This document shows positions 18,770 to 26,932 of a DNA stretch of 64,000 bases, piece by piece. Made by a program: the position numbers and the translations under genes. Source of the DNA: Methylotenera sp. RIFCSPLOWO2_02_FULL_45_14 (GTDB lineage Bacteria > Pseudomonadota > Gammaproteobacteria > Burkholderiales > Methylophilaceae). The stretch is taken from assembly GCA_001803395.1 (NCBI GenBank), contig MHBU01000024.1, positions 17,003-81,002 on the forward strand, in the 5' to 3' direction. How positions within the stretch are numbered: the first letter of the stretch is position 1; each line of letters starts with the position of its first letter. The notes beneath the pieces are model-generated. The model was not told the origin of the DNA. It saw nothing but the letters and a program-made list of their open reading frames with translations, and did not search any database.

Positions 18770-19330
18770 ATGAGTAATGAAATTTGCAAGACGCGCCGCA
18801 GTTTACTTAAGGCCGGTATGGCATTGGCACTAACGGGAGGCTTGAGCGCGCGCTCGGCTTTTGCTGCTTTCGAGCAAGGAAAACCGGCGGTACGCGCACT
18901 CGCTTTTTACAATCTGCATACCGGTGAAAGCCTCAAGACTGATTACTGGTCTGAAGGCAACTATCTGCCGGATGCGCTGGCAGACATCAATCATATTCTG
19001 CGTGATCACCGCAACGATCAGGTGCTCCCGATCGAGCCGCGCCTGCTTGACTTACTGCACGGACTGCGCAACACGATTGACACTACGCGGCCAATCCAGA
19101 TCATCTCAGGCTATCGTTCACCGGCGACCAACGCCCATTTGGCGGCTAATTCCAATGGCGTGGCCAAGGGCAGTCTGCATATGCAGGCTAAGGCGATTGA
19201 TCTCCGCGTTGAAGGAGTTCCCCTGAACGATCTGCGCCGCGCCGCTATTGCCTTGAATGGTGGCGGTGTCGGCTATTACCCGAACTCTAACTTCGTGCAT
19301 GTTGATATCGGCCGTGTGCGGACCTGGTAG
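18770..19330 (+). CDS. Tat-exported peptidase M15A, YcbK/MepK (DUF882) family
   Basis: Tat motif TRRSLLK. LAFYNLHTGE, ISGYRSP, SLHM...AID and FVHVD Zn-peptidase residues. Confidence 0.9.
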   Translation: MSNEICKTRRSLLKAGMALALTGGLSARSAFAAFEQGKPAVRALAFYNLHTGESLKTDYWSEGNYLPDALADINHILRDHRNDQVLPIEPRLLDLLHGLRNTIDTTRPIQIISGYRSPATNAHLAANSNGVAKGSLHMQAKAIDLRVEGVPLNDLRRAAIALNGGGVGYYPNSNFVHVDIGRVRTW

Positions 19331-19468
19331 CTCAAAGTAAATGGACTCAGTCTAACCCCATTTTATGTTGATTTATATGTTGTTTTAAGGGTATTGCAGT
19401 GAAGTTTACAATTAAAAATAACATTGTGTTAACATTTGAAAAATAATCGTTAAAAACTCAAGGGGTCA

Positions 19469-20059
19469 ATGTCATGTCTATTAAAAAAACTATCCTTAAT
19501 ACTGGGTTTAGTAGCTTTGCTTCCCGCTTCTGTTGCCTTTGCGGGCAAAAGCGGGCCTCCCCCATCCCCAACCGTAACCACCACTAGCGTAGCCGGTTCT
19601 AACACGGATACGGTAAATCGTGGTTATGCTGGATTAAAATGGACGCTGGGCGAGGGTTTGACGCCAGCCGTTGTGGTTGGTTATCGTCATGCACGCGTTG
19701 AGTCTAATGGGGACACGCAAGGTGGCGATGTTTCATTTTCATTTAATCTGCTAAACGGATTTCAACCGGGCAAGCTACGCGCCAAGTATTTTAATGGTCA
19801 AGAAAACTTACAGGGTGAAGTGGGCGCAGGCTTTGACTTTACTAAAGGGATTTTTGCCGGTGTAAGCGCACAGGGGCCGTATATCAACCTGGGTGCTGAT
19901 TATCTATTCAATTTAGCTGCACCATTTGAGCCGTATTTAATGCTGAATACGCTAAGAAAATATGACAAGCCACGCGGTGGCTCAACCACAACGACTAAGA
20001 GTTGTCCTTCTCCATATGAATATGACTCAGGCAGTGACCAGTGCGTCACTGTTCCATGA
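19469..20059 (+). CDS. Secreted hypothetical protein: beta-rich core (possible small outer-membrane barrel), Thr-rich arms, C-terminal two-Cys loop
   Basis: 196 aa with SD-like GGGG and a Sec signal ending AFA. Alternating hydrophobic/Gly strands (GLKWTLG, VVVGYRH, VSFSFN, VGAGFDF, LGADYLF). Confidence 0.7.
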   Translation: MSCLLKKLSLILGLVALLPASVAFAGKSGPPPSPTVTTTSVAGSNTDTVNRGYAGLKWTLGEGLTPAVVVGYRHARVESNGDTQGGDVSFSFNLLNGFQPGKLRAKYFNGQENLQGEVGAGFDFTKGIFAGVSAQGPYINLGADYLFNLAAPFEPYLMLNTLRKYDKPRGGSTTTTKSCPSPYEYDSGSDQCVTVP

Positions 20060-20125
20060 TGATTAGTGCCATTTTGGGCGGCCCTAACCGCACTTGATCG
20101 CTCTTAAACACACTGCCACATACGC

Positions 20126-20605
20126 ATGGTCGCGGCGGCGCTGGCTGGCGTAGGTGGGTTGTTGTTTGGTGCATGGATATTTCCAGTTAAGTTATTAGCA
20201 GCCCAGCCAGTTGCTAACAGGTCAATTGACGAAACGCTGCGTATCTTCGTCGATGCGCTGCTCCCGGCAGACGACCTTACACCCGCCGCAAGTGCGCTGG
20301 AAGTACATACTCAGATTGTGAAAGATGCTGAGCAAGACCCTGCTCTGAAGGAGCTTGTTAGCGCTGGTTGTCAGTGGCTGGAGCAAAGTGTCGGCTCACT
20401 GGCTGCGCTGGATTCAGACCAGCTTGAGCGGCTGCTGCAGGCTATGAGCGAAGCTGACTGGGACAGCGGCCCTAAAAATTTCTTTTACCAAATACGTGAT
20501 CGTGCGGTGACTTATTATTATGCCGATCCGCGGGCATGGGTTGGTTCAGTCATCAATCGCCCGCCTCAGCCTATGGGCTATCCTGAAATCATTAATTTCA
20601 AATGA
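20126..20605 (+). CDS. Gluconate-2-dehydrogenase subunit 3-like small subunit; N-terminal Tat signal apparently out of frame
   Basis: Family-like motifs LRIFVDALLP...ASAL and FFYQIRDRAVTYYYADP...GYP. The stop overlaps the GMC start (ATGA). No SD before ATG 20126. Confidence 0.72.
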   Translation: MVAAALAGVGGLLFGAWIFPVKLLAAQPVANRSIDETLRIFVDALLPADDLTPAASALEVHTQIVKDAEQDPALKELVSAGCQWLEQSVGSLAALDSDQLERLLQAMSEADWDSGPKNFFYQIRDRAVTYYYADPRAWVGSVINRPPQPMGYPEIINFK

Positions 20606-22281
20606 CACATCCTGATGTCATCATCATTGGCGCAGGCGCAGGCGGCGCCGCAACGGCATGGCGGTTGGTACAACAAGGGCTGAATGTGCTCATCGTAGAG
20701 GCTGGCCCACGCTACGAGCCTGCGCGTGACTACAAGCTGCACACAGCGCGCTGGGAGTTAGAGCGATTTCCCTTCAAGCCCGCTGCGCAGGGTCAGCACA
20801 GTTTCGATGTAAACGTACCGCTCGCCCCGCAATGGGATGCCCTGCATTCCTGGAACGCGGTTGTCGGGCGGCTCAACCGTAGCGGTGAACGTATCGTAGC
20901 TGACGCTGGCTACCATCACGTACGTGGTGTTGGCGGCAGCACCCTGCATTACAGCGGGGAATCGCACCGCCTGCATCCACAATCCATGCAGCTCCGCAAG
21001 CAATTTGGGGTCGGTGCTGACTGGCCTCTCAGTTATGCTGATCTTGAGCCATACTATCAAATAGCAGAAAAGCTCGTTGGTGTTGCTGGTTCCGCCGATG
21101 CTGGCGCGCGTTGGCGCAGTGAACCTTATCCGCTGCCCGCCCACCCGCTGTGCAAAGCCTCGCGCTGCATCAGCGATGCAGCGCGCTCCCTTGGCATGCA
21201 TTGGCAGGCCAACAGTCGCGCAGCACTCTCGCAACCCTATGATAATCGCCCCGCCTGCAATTATTGCGGTAATTGCAGCTACGGTTGCCCGATTGGCGAC
21301 AAAGGCTCTGCCGATGTAACCTTTATCCGCCATGCGTTGGCCTCAGGTCATTGCACCATTATGTCTGATACTCAGGTAACACGCCTAGTTAGCAATTCTG
21401 CTGGTCGTATCACAGGTATAGAAATTACTAATAGTAAAAAAAGCATCAGCGTACTTGAAGCGCCTATTGTTGTATTAGCTGGTGGGGCAGTAGAAACCCC
21501 GCGTTTACTCTTGAATTCAGCCACCAAGGCTTTCAGTAAAGGTTTGGCAAATGGTAACGGTCAGGTTGGGCGTAACTTTATGGATTCGCTGACTTGGGTC
21601 AGCACTGGCATGGTCGATACATCACTCGACAGCTTCAAAGGCTTGCCAGCAGATGCCATCTGTTGGGACTACAACGCGCCCGATAGTATTCCAGATGTGG
21701 TAGGGGGCTGTCGCCTGACTTCTGCTACGCAGGAAATTGGATTGACGGGTTCTATTAACTATGCTCGCCGCATCGTCCCAGGCTTTGGAGCCAAATTTAA
21801 GCAGGATATGCGCGCATCACTTGGACATGCACTGTCAGTATCTGGTTTTGGTGAAATGTTGCCTAATGAGGACACCCGTATTGATCTTGACCCCAGTCAA
21901 CGAGACGCATTGGGCTTGCCTCTCGCACGCATACGCTCTCGCCTAACCGAGGCAGATTTTAAACGGCTTCGTTTTATGGCAGATAAATGCAGGGGCATTT
22001 TAAAAGCAGCAGGCACCAAAACTTTGGTTGAAGAGTTTAGTACTTACGATTACTTTAGTGCTGCCCATGTGTTTGGTTCGTGTCGCATGGGTGATAATTC
22101 ACAAGACTCTGTCGTTAATGCTTTTGGACGCGCCCATGAATGTGAAAATCTTTACATTACCGATGCAAGCATTTTCCCAAGCACTGGCGGTGGCGAAGCT
22201 CCATCGTTAACTATTTTTGCATTGGCGTTGCGTACTGCAGACCATATTGCCGGTGAAGCTGTAAGGTTGAAACAAGCGTAA
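20602..22281 (+). CDS. GMC-family FAD oxidoreductase with Fe-S Cys cluster (sugar/glycoside dehydrogenase-like catalytic subunit)
   Basis: Motifs IIGAGAGG, GVGGSTLHY, CNYCGNCSYGCP, LAGGAVETPRLLLNS, HVFGSCRMG and DASIFP. No signal peptide. Confidence 0.9.
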   Translation: MTHPDVIIIGAGAGGAATAWRLVQQGLNVLIVEAGPRYEPARDYKLHTARWELERFPFKPAAQGQHSFDVNVPLAPQWDALHSWNAVVGRLNRSGERIVADAGYHHVRGVGGSTLHYSGESHRLHPQSMQLRKQFGVGADWPLSYADLEPYYQIAEKLVGVAGSADAGARWRSEPYPLPAHPLCKASRCISDAARSLGMHWQANSRAALSQPYDNRPACNYCGNCSYGCPIGDKGSADVTFIRHALASGHCTIMSDTQVTRLVSNSAGRITGIEITNSKKSISVLEAPIVVLAGGAVETPRLLLNSATKAFSKGLANGNGQVGRNFMDSLTWVSTGMVDTSLDSFKGLPADAICWDYNAPDSIPDVVGGCRLTSATQEIGLTGSINYARRIVPGFGAKFKQDMRASLGHALSVSGFGEMLPNEDTRIDLDPSQRDALGLPLARIRSRLTEADFKRLRFMADKCRGILKAAGTKTLVEEFSTYDYFSAAHVFGSCRMGDNSQDSVVNAFGRAHECENLYITDASIFPSTGGGEAPSLTIFALALRTADHIAGEAVRLKQA

Positions 22282-22338
22282 TCGGTTTAATTTTTACTCA
22301 TTGATTAACGATTAAATCAATCACGAAATGCGGTACGT

Positions 22339-23442
22339 TTAAAAAGTAGGATCGAGTAAGTGGCAAGATAGCGCCCAACAAACATGCTCCCTGACTAAAT
22401 CATTTTCATGGTTAATATGTTGTTTCAGGGTTTCAATAATTTCAGTTGTAGTTTCTGCATTACCTAAACCAATGGCGATATTTCTTAGCCATTGTGTATA
22501 GCCAATACGATAAATTGCGCTGCCAGCCATTTTTGTTTTGAACTCATCTTCACTCCAGTTAAAACAATCAATCAGGCTAATATCATCTAGCCCATGTTTC
22601 ACTGCAAAATCGGGTTCTTTGGTGATTTCGGCAAACTTGTTCCAGGGGCAATACAGTTGGCAGTCATCGCAGCCATACACGCGGTTGCCAATTAAGGGGC
22701 GTAACTCAACGGGTATGCTGCCTTTTAACTCAATCGTTAAGTAGGATATGCAACGTCTGGCATCCACTTCATACGGCGCTGTGATCGCTTGGGTCGGGCA
22801 TACGTCAATACAGCTGGTGCAAGTGCCGCAATGGTTCGTGGCTGGCTCGTCAATTTCCAGTGGTAAATTGGTGTAAATTTCACCTAAAAAAAACCATGAA
22901 CCGTGACTTTTATTGATCAGCAGGGTGTGTTTGCCACGCCAACCCAAACCAGATTTTTCTGCCAAGGTAACTTCTAGCACAGGCGCGCTATCGGTGAAGG
23001 CTCGGTATTCAAAATGGCTGGTTTGATCATGCGCGAGTTCAGCTTGAATTTTCTCACATAGCTTTTGCAGTTTGTTGCGCATCACTTTGTGATAATCGCG
23101 CCCAAGCGCATAGCGTGAGATAAATGCCCGGCTGTTGTTTTGCAAAATAGCTTCGCTATCTTTAGCGTTTGGCGGTAGGTAATCTAAACGCGCTGAAATA
23201 ATGCGGTTGGTATTTGGTACTAATTCGGCAGGGCGGGTGCGCTTCGTGCCGTGTTTTGCCATATAATCCATCTCACCATGGAAACCTTTTTTAATCCACG
23301 CTTGATGTTCAGTTTCAGCCGTTTGCAAATGGGTGTCGGTAATGCCAATTTGATTAAAGCCGAGTTCCAGCCCCCAACGTTTAATATCGCGACTCAGTTG
23401 GCTAATATTTTTAGTAGAATTAAACTTAGTATAATGGCTCAT
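22339..23442 (-). CDS. queG: tRNA epoxyqueuosine(34) reductase (start revised to ATG 23442)
   Basis: Motifs SRYALGRDYH, DSAPVLE, GWRGKHTLL, CGTCTSCIDVCPT and YGCDDCQLYCPWN. The longer ORF start overlaps tsaE. Confidence 0.95.
   Translation of the reverse strand: MSHYTKFNSTKNISQLSRDIKRWGLELGFNQIGITDTHLQTAETEHQAWIKKGFHGEMDYMAKHGTKRTRPAELVPNTNRIISARLDYLPPNAKDSEAILQNNSRAFISRYALGRDYHKVMRNKLQKLCEKIQAELAHDQTSHFEYRAFTDSAPVLEVTLAEKSGLGWRGKHTLLINKSHGSWFFLGEIYTNLPLEIDEPATNHCGTCTSCIDVCPTQAITAPYEVDARRCISYLTIELKGSIPVELRPLIGNRVYGCDDCQLYCPWNKFAEITKEPDFAVKHGLDDISLIDCFNWSEDEFKTKMAGSAIYRIGYTQWLRNIAIGLGNAETTTEIIETLKQHINHENDLVREHVCWALSCHLLDPTF
23430..23435 (+). promoter_or_regulatory. Consensus -10 box 5 nt before the tsaE ATG (probable leaderless promoter)
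   Basis: TATAAT-GGCTC-ATG with no SD sequence. Confidence 0.55.
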
Positions 23443-23944
23443 GGATAATAATTTTACACTTGATTTGGCAGATGAGGCGGCAACGCTTGGTTTTGGTGCT
23501 GCAATCGCTAAAGTCATTGCGCCTAATTTAACGATTTATCTACATGGTGATTTAGGTGCAGGTAAAACTACTTTTGCCCGTGGTTTGATTCATGGACTAG
23601 GGTTTGTGGGTAAAGTTAAAAGCCCAACTTATACTTTAGTTGAGCCTTACGAAGTGATGTTGAATCAGGCTAAATTGTTAACCCTATATCATTTTGATTT
23701 GTATCGATTTAATGATGAGGAAGAGTGGGAAGCCGCAGGTTTTAGAGACTACTTTAACCCTACGAGTGTGTGTTTGATTGAGTGGCCAGAAAAAGCCGCG
23801 CATAGTTTGCCCACAGCAGATATTGATATTAGTTTTAACATTAAAGGTGACGGCCGTGAAGTTAGCGTGCTGGCACATACGCCACACGGTGAGCAATGCT
23901 TGAAAAAATTACAGCAAAGTATTCTGAAGTGTTCTAATGATTAA
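23441..23944 (+). CDS. tsaE: tRNA threonylcarbamoyladenosine biosynthesis ATPase
   Basis: Motifs GDLGAGKTTF, VKSPTYTLVE, HFDLYR and LIEWPE. Confidence 0.96.
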   Translation: MDNNFTLDLADEAATLGFGAAIAKVIAPNLTIYLHGDLGAGKTTFARGLIHGLGFVGKVKSPTYTLVEPYEVMLNQAKLLTLYHFDLYRFNDEEEWEAAGFRDYFNPTSVCLIEWPEKAAHSLPTADIDISFNIKGDGREVSVLAHTPHGEQCLKKLQQSILKCSND

Positions 23945-25370
23945 ACCAATGATTAAAAGTTTGAAATCCATTTTTTTGAGTTTAGGGGCATGGTTGCTGT
24001 TGGCAGGTGCTGCATACGCAGAGGGCAATGTTATCACTGCGGCGCGTGTTTGGCCTGCGCAAGATTACACACGCATTACCTTGGAGGCAGGCAGCCCAAT
24101 TGCTTATAAAATGTCGCTGCTTAAAAACCCTGAACGGGTAGTGGTGGATATTGAGAATATTGAGCTCAACCAAGTATTAAAGTCATTGAGCGACAAGATT
24201 TTAGCCAGCGACCCATACATTATGCAATTGCGCGTGGCTAAATTTAAACCCGGCGTTGTGCGCTTAGTGGTGGATTTAAAAGCTGAAATTAAGCCAACGA
24301 TATTTAGCTTGTTGCCTGCTGGCGATTATAAGCATCGTTTGGTGTTAGATATTTACCCGGTGAAAGATCCATTAATGGCGATGTTGGCAGAGCGTGATAG
24401 TGCGTCTGCGTCCACCGCTGAAGTGCAGGCTTACAATCAATTGCCGCAGCCTCAATCAAGTACAGAGTCATTACCTGTGCAGCAATCAACTAATCCAACG
24501 CTTGATCCAGTTATTGAAGCCACGGCGGTAATACTTACGGAAGATAGCAAGCCTGCTGAAACCAGCCCTCAGATTAAACCGACAGAAAGCACCAGTAGCG
24601 CTCAAGCCGTAGCGATAAAAGAAGCGCCTGAAAATAAAAGTATAGATAAAAATATCCGGCAAATTACGATTGCCATTGACCCTGGTCACGGTGGAGAAGA
24701 CCCTGGCGCGATTGGCGCTACTGGCAGCCGTGAAAAAGATATTACCTTGATTATTGCTAAAAAGCTCAAAGCTAAGATTGATGAGGAGCCAAGTATGCGT
24801 GCAGTGTTGACGCGTGACGGTGATTACTTTATACCGCTGCATGGGCGTGTGCTTAAAGCGCGCAAGTTACAAGCCGATTTGTTTGTATCTATTCATGCTG
24901 ATGCTTTTACTAATCCTGCCGCACGCGGTTCGTCAGTATTCGCACTCTCTGAAAAAGGGGCAACTAGTGCCAGTGCGCGCTATTTAGCTAAAAAAGAAAA
25001 TGAGTCTGATTTGATTGGTGGCGTGAGTTTGAATGTAAAAGACCCGGTATTGGCGAGAACGCTCTTAGATTTATCGCAAACAGCAACTATTAACGATAGT
25101 TTGAAATTAGGTAAAGCAGTATTGGGGTATATAGGCGAAATTAATAAGTTGCACAAAAATCATGTTGAGCAAGCGGGTTTTGCCGTGTTGAAATCACCGG
25201 ATATCCCATCAATTCTGGTCGAAACTGCTTTTATCAGCAATCCGGATGAAGAGCGTAGGCTTAACGATGATGCTTACCAGGATAAGTTGGTGCTTTCTCT
25301 TTTGGCTGGAATCAAAAGGTATTTTGCTAGCAATCCTGCGCTCGCAAAAACCAAGCTGGCGATGCAATAG
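23937..25370 (+). CDS. amiC: N-acetylmuramoyl-L-alanine amidase with AMIN domain
   Basis: AMIN domain RVWPAQDYTRITLE, a low-complexity linker, and Amidase_3 motifs DPGHGGEDPG, EKD, SIHAD and LVETAF. Confidence 0.92.
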   Translation: MIKPMIKSLKSIFLSLGAWLLLAGAAYAEGNVITAARVWPAQDYTRITLEAGSPIAYKMSLLKNPERVVVDIENIELNQVLKSLSDKILASDPYIMQLRVAKFKPGVVRLVVDLKAEIKPTIFSLLPAGDYKHRLVLDIYPVKDPLMAMLAERDSASASTAEVQAYNQLPQPQSSTESLPVQQSTNPTLDPVIEATAVILTEDSKPAETSPQIKPTESTSSAQAVAIKEAPENKSIDKNIRQITIAIDPGHGGEDPGAIGATGSREKDITLIIAKKLKAKIDEEPSMRAVLTRDGDYFIPLHGRVLKARKLQADLFVSIHADAFTNPAARGSSVFALSEKGATSASARYLAKKENESDLIGGVSLNVKDPVLARTLLDLSQTATINDSLKLGKAVLGYIGEINKLHKNHVEQAGFAVLKSPDIPSILVETAFISNPDEERRLNDDAYQDKLVLSLLAGIKRYFASNPALAKTKLAMQ

Positions 25371-25417
25371 GTGACATTAAGACTAATAATGAAAAATTAC
25401 GAAAAGGATACGCTGCT

Positions 25418-26779
25418 ATGCAACTTACATTTTTAGGTGCTACAGGCACTGTCACCGGTTCAAAATACCTGCTAAAAAGTGGTGATAAACGCATTCTGGT
25501 TGATTGCGGTTTGTTTCAGGGGCTTAAGCAATTACGGCTTAAAAACTGGGCGGATTTGCCAATCAATCCAAAAGAAATCGATGCCGTGGTGCTGACTCAC
25601 GCGCATATTGATCACAGCGGCTATTTACCGTTACTGGTTAAAAATGGCTTTTCAGGTAAGGTGTATTGCTCTGAAGCGACGCGCGATTTATGTGAGATTT
25701 TGTTACCTGACTCAGCGTATTTGCAAGAAGAAGAAGCCGAATATGCCAATCGTCGCGGCTTCTCTAAACATCAGCCAGCACTTCCGCTTTACACGCGAGA
25801 AAATGCAATGAGTGCGTTAAAATTGATCACACCAGTGAATTATGAGCAAGATGTAGATTTAGGTGATGGTCTTACGCTCAGACTCACGCCCAACGGGCAT
25901 ATTCTCGGCTCAGCGTTTGTGCGCATTCATAACCAACAAACATCGGTGTTGTTTTCAGGCGACATAGGTCGTCCTCATGATATTTTGATGCGAGCACCTG
26001 TGCGTATTAAGCAGGCCGATTATTTATTGCTTGAGTCAACCTATGGCAATCGCTTACATGACAGTGATGACCCACAAGTTAAGTTGGCGGCCATTATCAA
26101 TAAAACAGTGAAGCGTAAAGGTGTAGTGGTGATTCCTGTATTTGCAGTGGGCAGGGCACAAGAGCTACTTTATTACATTCACTTACTTAAATCTTCAGGC
26201 GCAATTGCGCACGATATCCCTGTGTATCTCAATAGCCCAATGGCCGTTGATGCAACGGAAATATTTATGCATCATCGTGGCGAACATCGTTTGACACCTG
26301 AGCAGTGCAGTGCGTTAAATAGAACGGCACGTATGGTGAATAGCGTTGAAGAGTCCAGGCGCTTGAATAAGGCACACGGCCCGATGATTATTCTTTCAGC
26401 CAGTGGCATGGCGTCCGGTGGGCGTGTTGTGCATCATCTCAAGGCATTTGCGCCAAAATCTAACAACACCATTTTATTTGTAGGTTTCCAGGCAGCAGGC
26501 ACACGTGGTGCTGCCATGTTAGATGGTGCAGAGAGCGTTAAAATTCACGGCGAATATGTGCCAATACGCGCTAAGGTTGAGCTGATTTCTAACCTTTCAG
26601 CACACGCTGATTATTCAGAAATATTAGACTGGCTAGGTGGTTTTGAAACCCCGCCTAAAAAAACGTTTATCGTGCATGGTGAGCCGGTTGCAGCGGATGC
26701 CATGCGACATCATATTGAGGAAAAGATGCGTTGGAAAGTGGTCATGCCAGAGTACCTGGAAACGGTAACTTTGGATTAA
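25418..26779 (+). CDS. MBL-fold beta-CASP ribonuclease (RNA-specificity type)
   Basis: Motifs THAHIDH, GHILGS, FSGDIG, ESTYG, GRAQE, GFQAAGT, SAHAD and VHGE. Confidence 0.9.
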   Translation: MQLTFLGATGTVTGSKYLLKSGDKRILVDCGLFQGLKQLRLKNWADLPINPKEIDAVVLTHAHIDHSGYLPLLVKNGFSGKVYCSEATRDLCEILLPDSAYLQEEEAEYANRRGFSKHQPALPLYTRENAMSALKLITPVNYEQDVDLGDGLTLRLTPNGHILGSAFVRIHNQQTSVLFSGDIGRPHDILMRAPVRIKQADYLLLESTYGNRLHDSDDPQVKLAAIINKTVKRKGVVVIPVFAVGRAQELLYYIHLLKSSGAIAHDIPVYLNSPMAVDATEIFMHHRGEHRLTPEQCSALNRTARMVNSVEESRRLNKAHGPMIILSASGMASGGRVVHHLKAFAPKSNNTILFVGFQAAGTRGAAMLDGAESVKIHGEYVPIRAKVELISNLSAHADYSEILDWLGGFETPPKKTFIVHGEPVAADAMRHHIEEKMRWKVVMPEYLETVTLD

Positions 26780-26820
26780 GTTGCTTTTTTAATGAATGTT
26801 ATTTAGCGCTAAAACTTTCC

Positions 26821-26879
26821 AATCCGTCATGCCAGATGTTCCCTGAGCTTGTCAAGGGGAGGATGGTATGACGAGGATT
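26821..26879. repeat. Composite REP-like palindrome between convergent genes
   Basis: Imperfect arms AATCC-GTCATGCCA / TGGTATGACGAGGATT enclose GTTCCCTGAGCTTGTCAAGGG (26838-26858), a near copy of 39056-39077. Confidence 0.7.
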
Positions 26880-26932
26880 GTGATTTCCGTTAAATGACTT
26901 GACACTACTTTAGTACAAAGGTCTCTGACCGA

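Larger units (their letters stand above)
16414..22281. other. Accessory, probably horizontally acquired mosaic block between the glycogen cluster and queG
   Basis: Most of the block is visibly GC-richer than flanking core genes, with AT-rich spacers. No integrase, transposase or clear flanking direct repeat was seen. Confidence 0.55.

Noticed and set aside
19339-19363. AAATGG...CCATTT short inverted repeat at the GC-to-AT transition after the MepK-like gene
   Set aside because: Only 6 bp with a long loop; could be a weak terminator or an element end, but is indistinguishable from chance.
20758-21333. 191-aa antisense ORF inside the GMC gene
   Set aside because: Entirely overlaps a well-supported gene; Ala/Ile/Thr composition reflects antisense codon bias.
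22300-22321. ATTGATT-N8-AATCAAT, FNR-like halves at the right edge of the accessory block
   Set aside because: Spacing does not match TTGAT-N4-ATCAA, and it lies between convergent genes.
16333-22338. Accessory block as a defined mobile element (prophage, ICE or transposon)
   Set aside because: No integrase, transposase, tRNA target or convincing att/target-site duplication; reported only as a compositional island.
23443-23517. 25-aa N-terminal extension of QueG in the ORF track
   Set aside because: It overlaps tsaE coding sequence; QueG-like sequence begins after ATG 23442.
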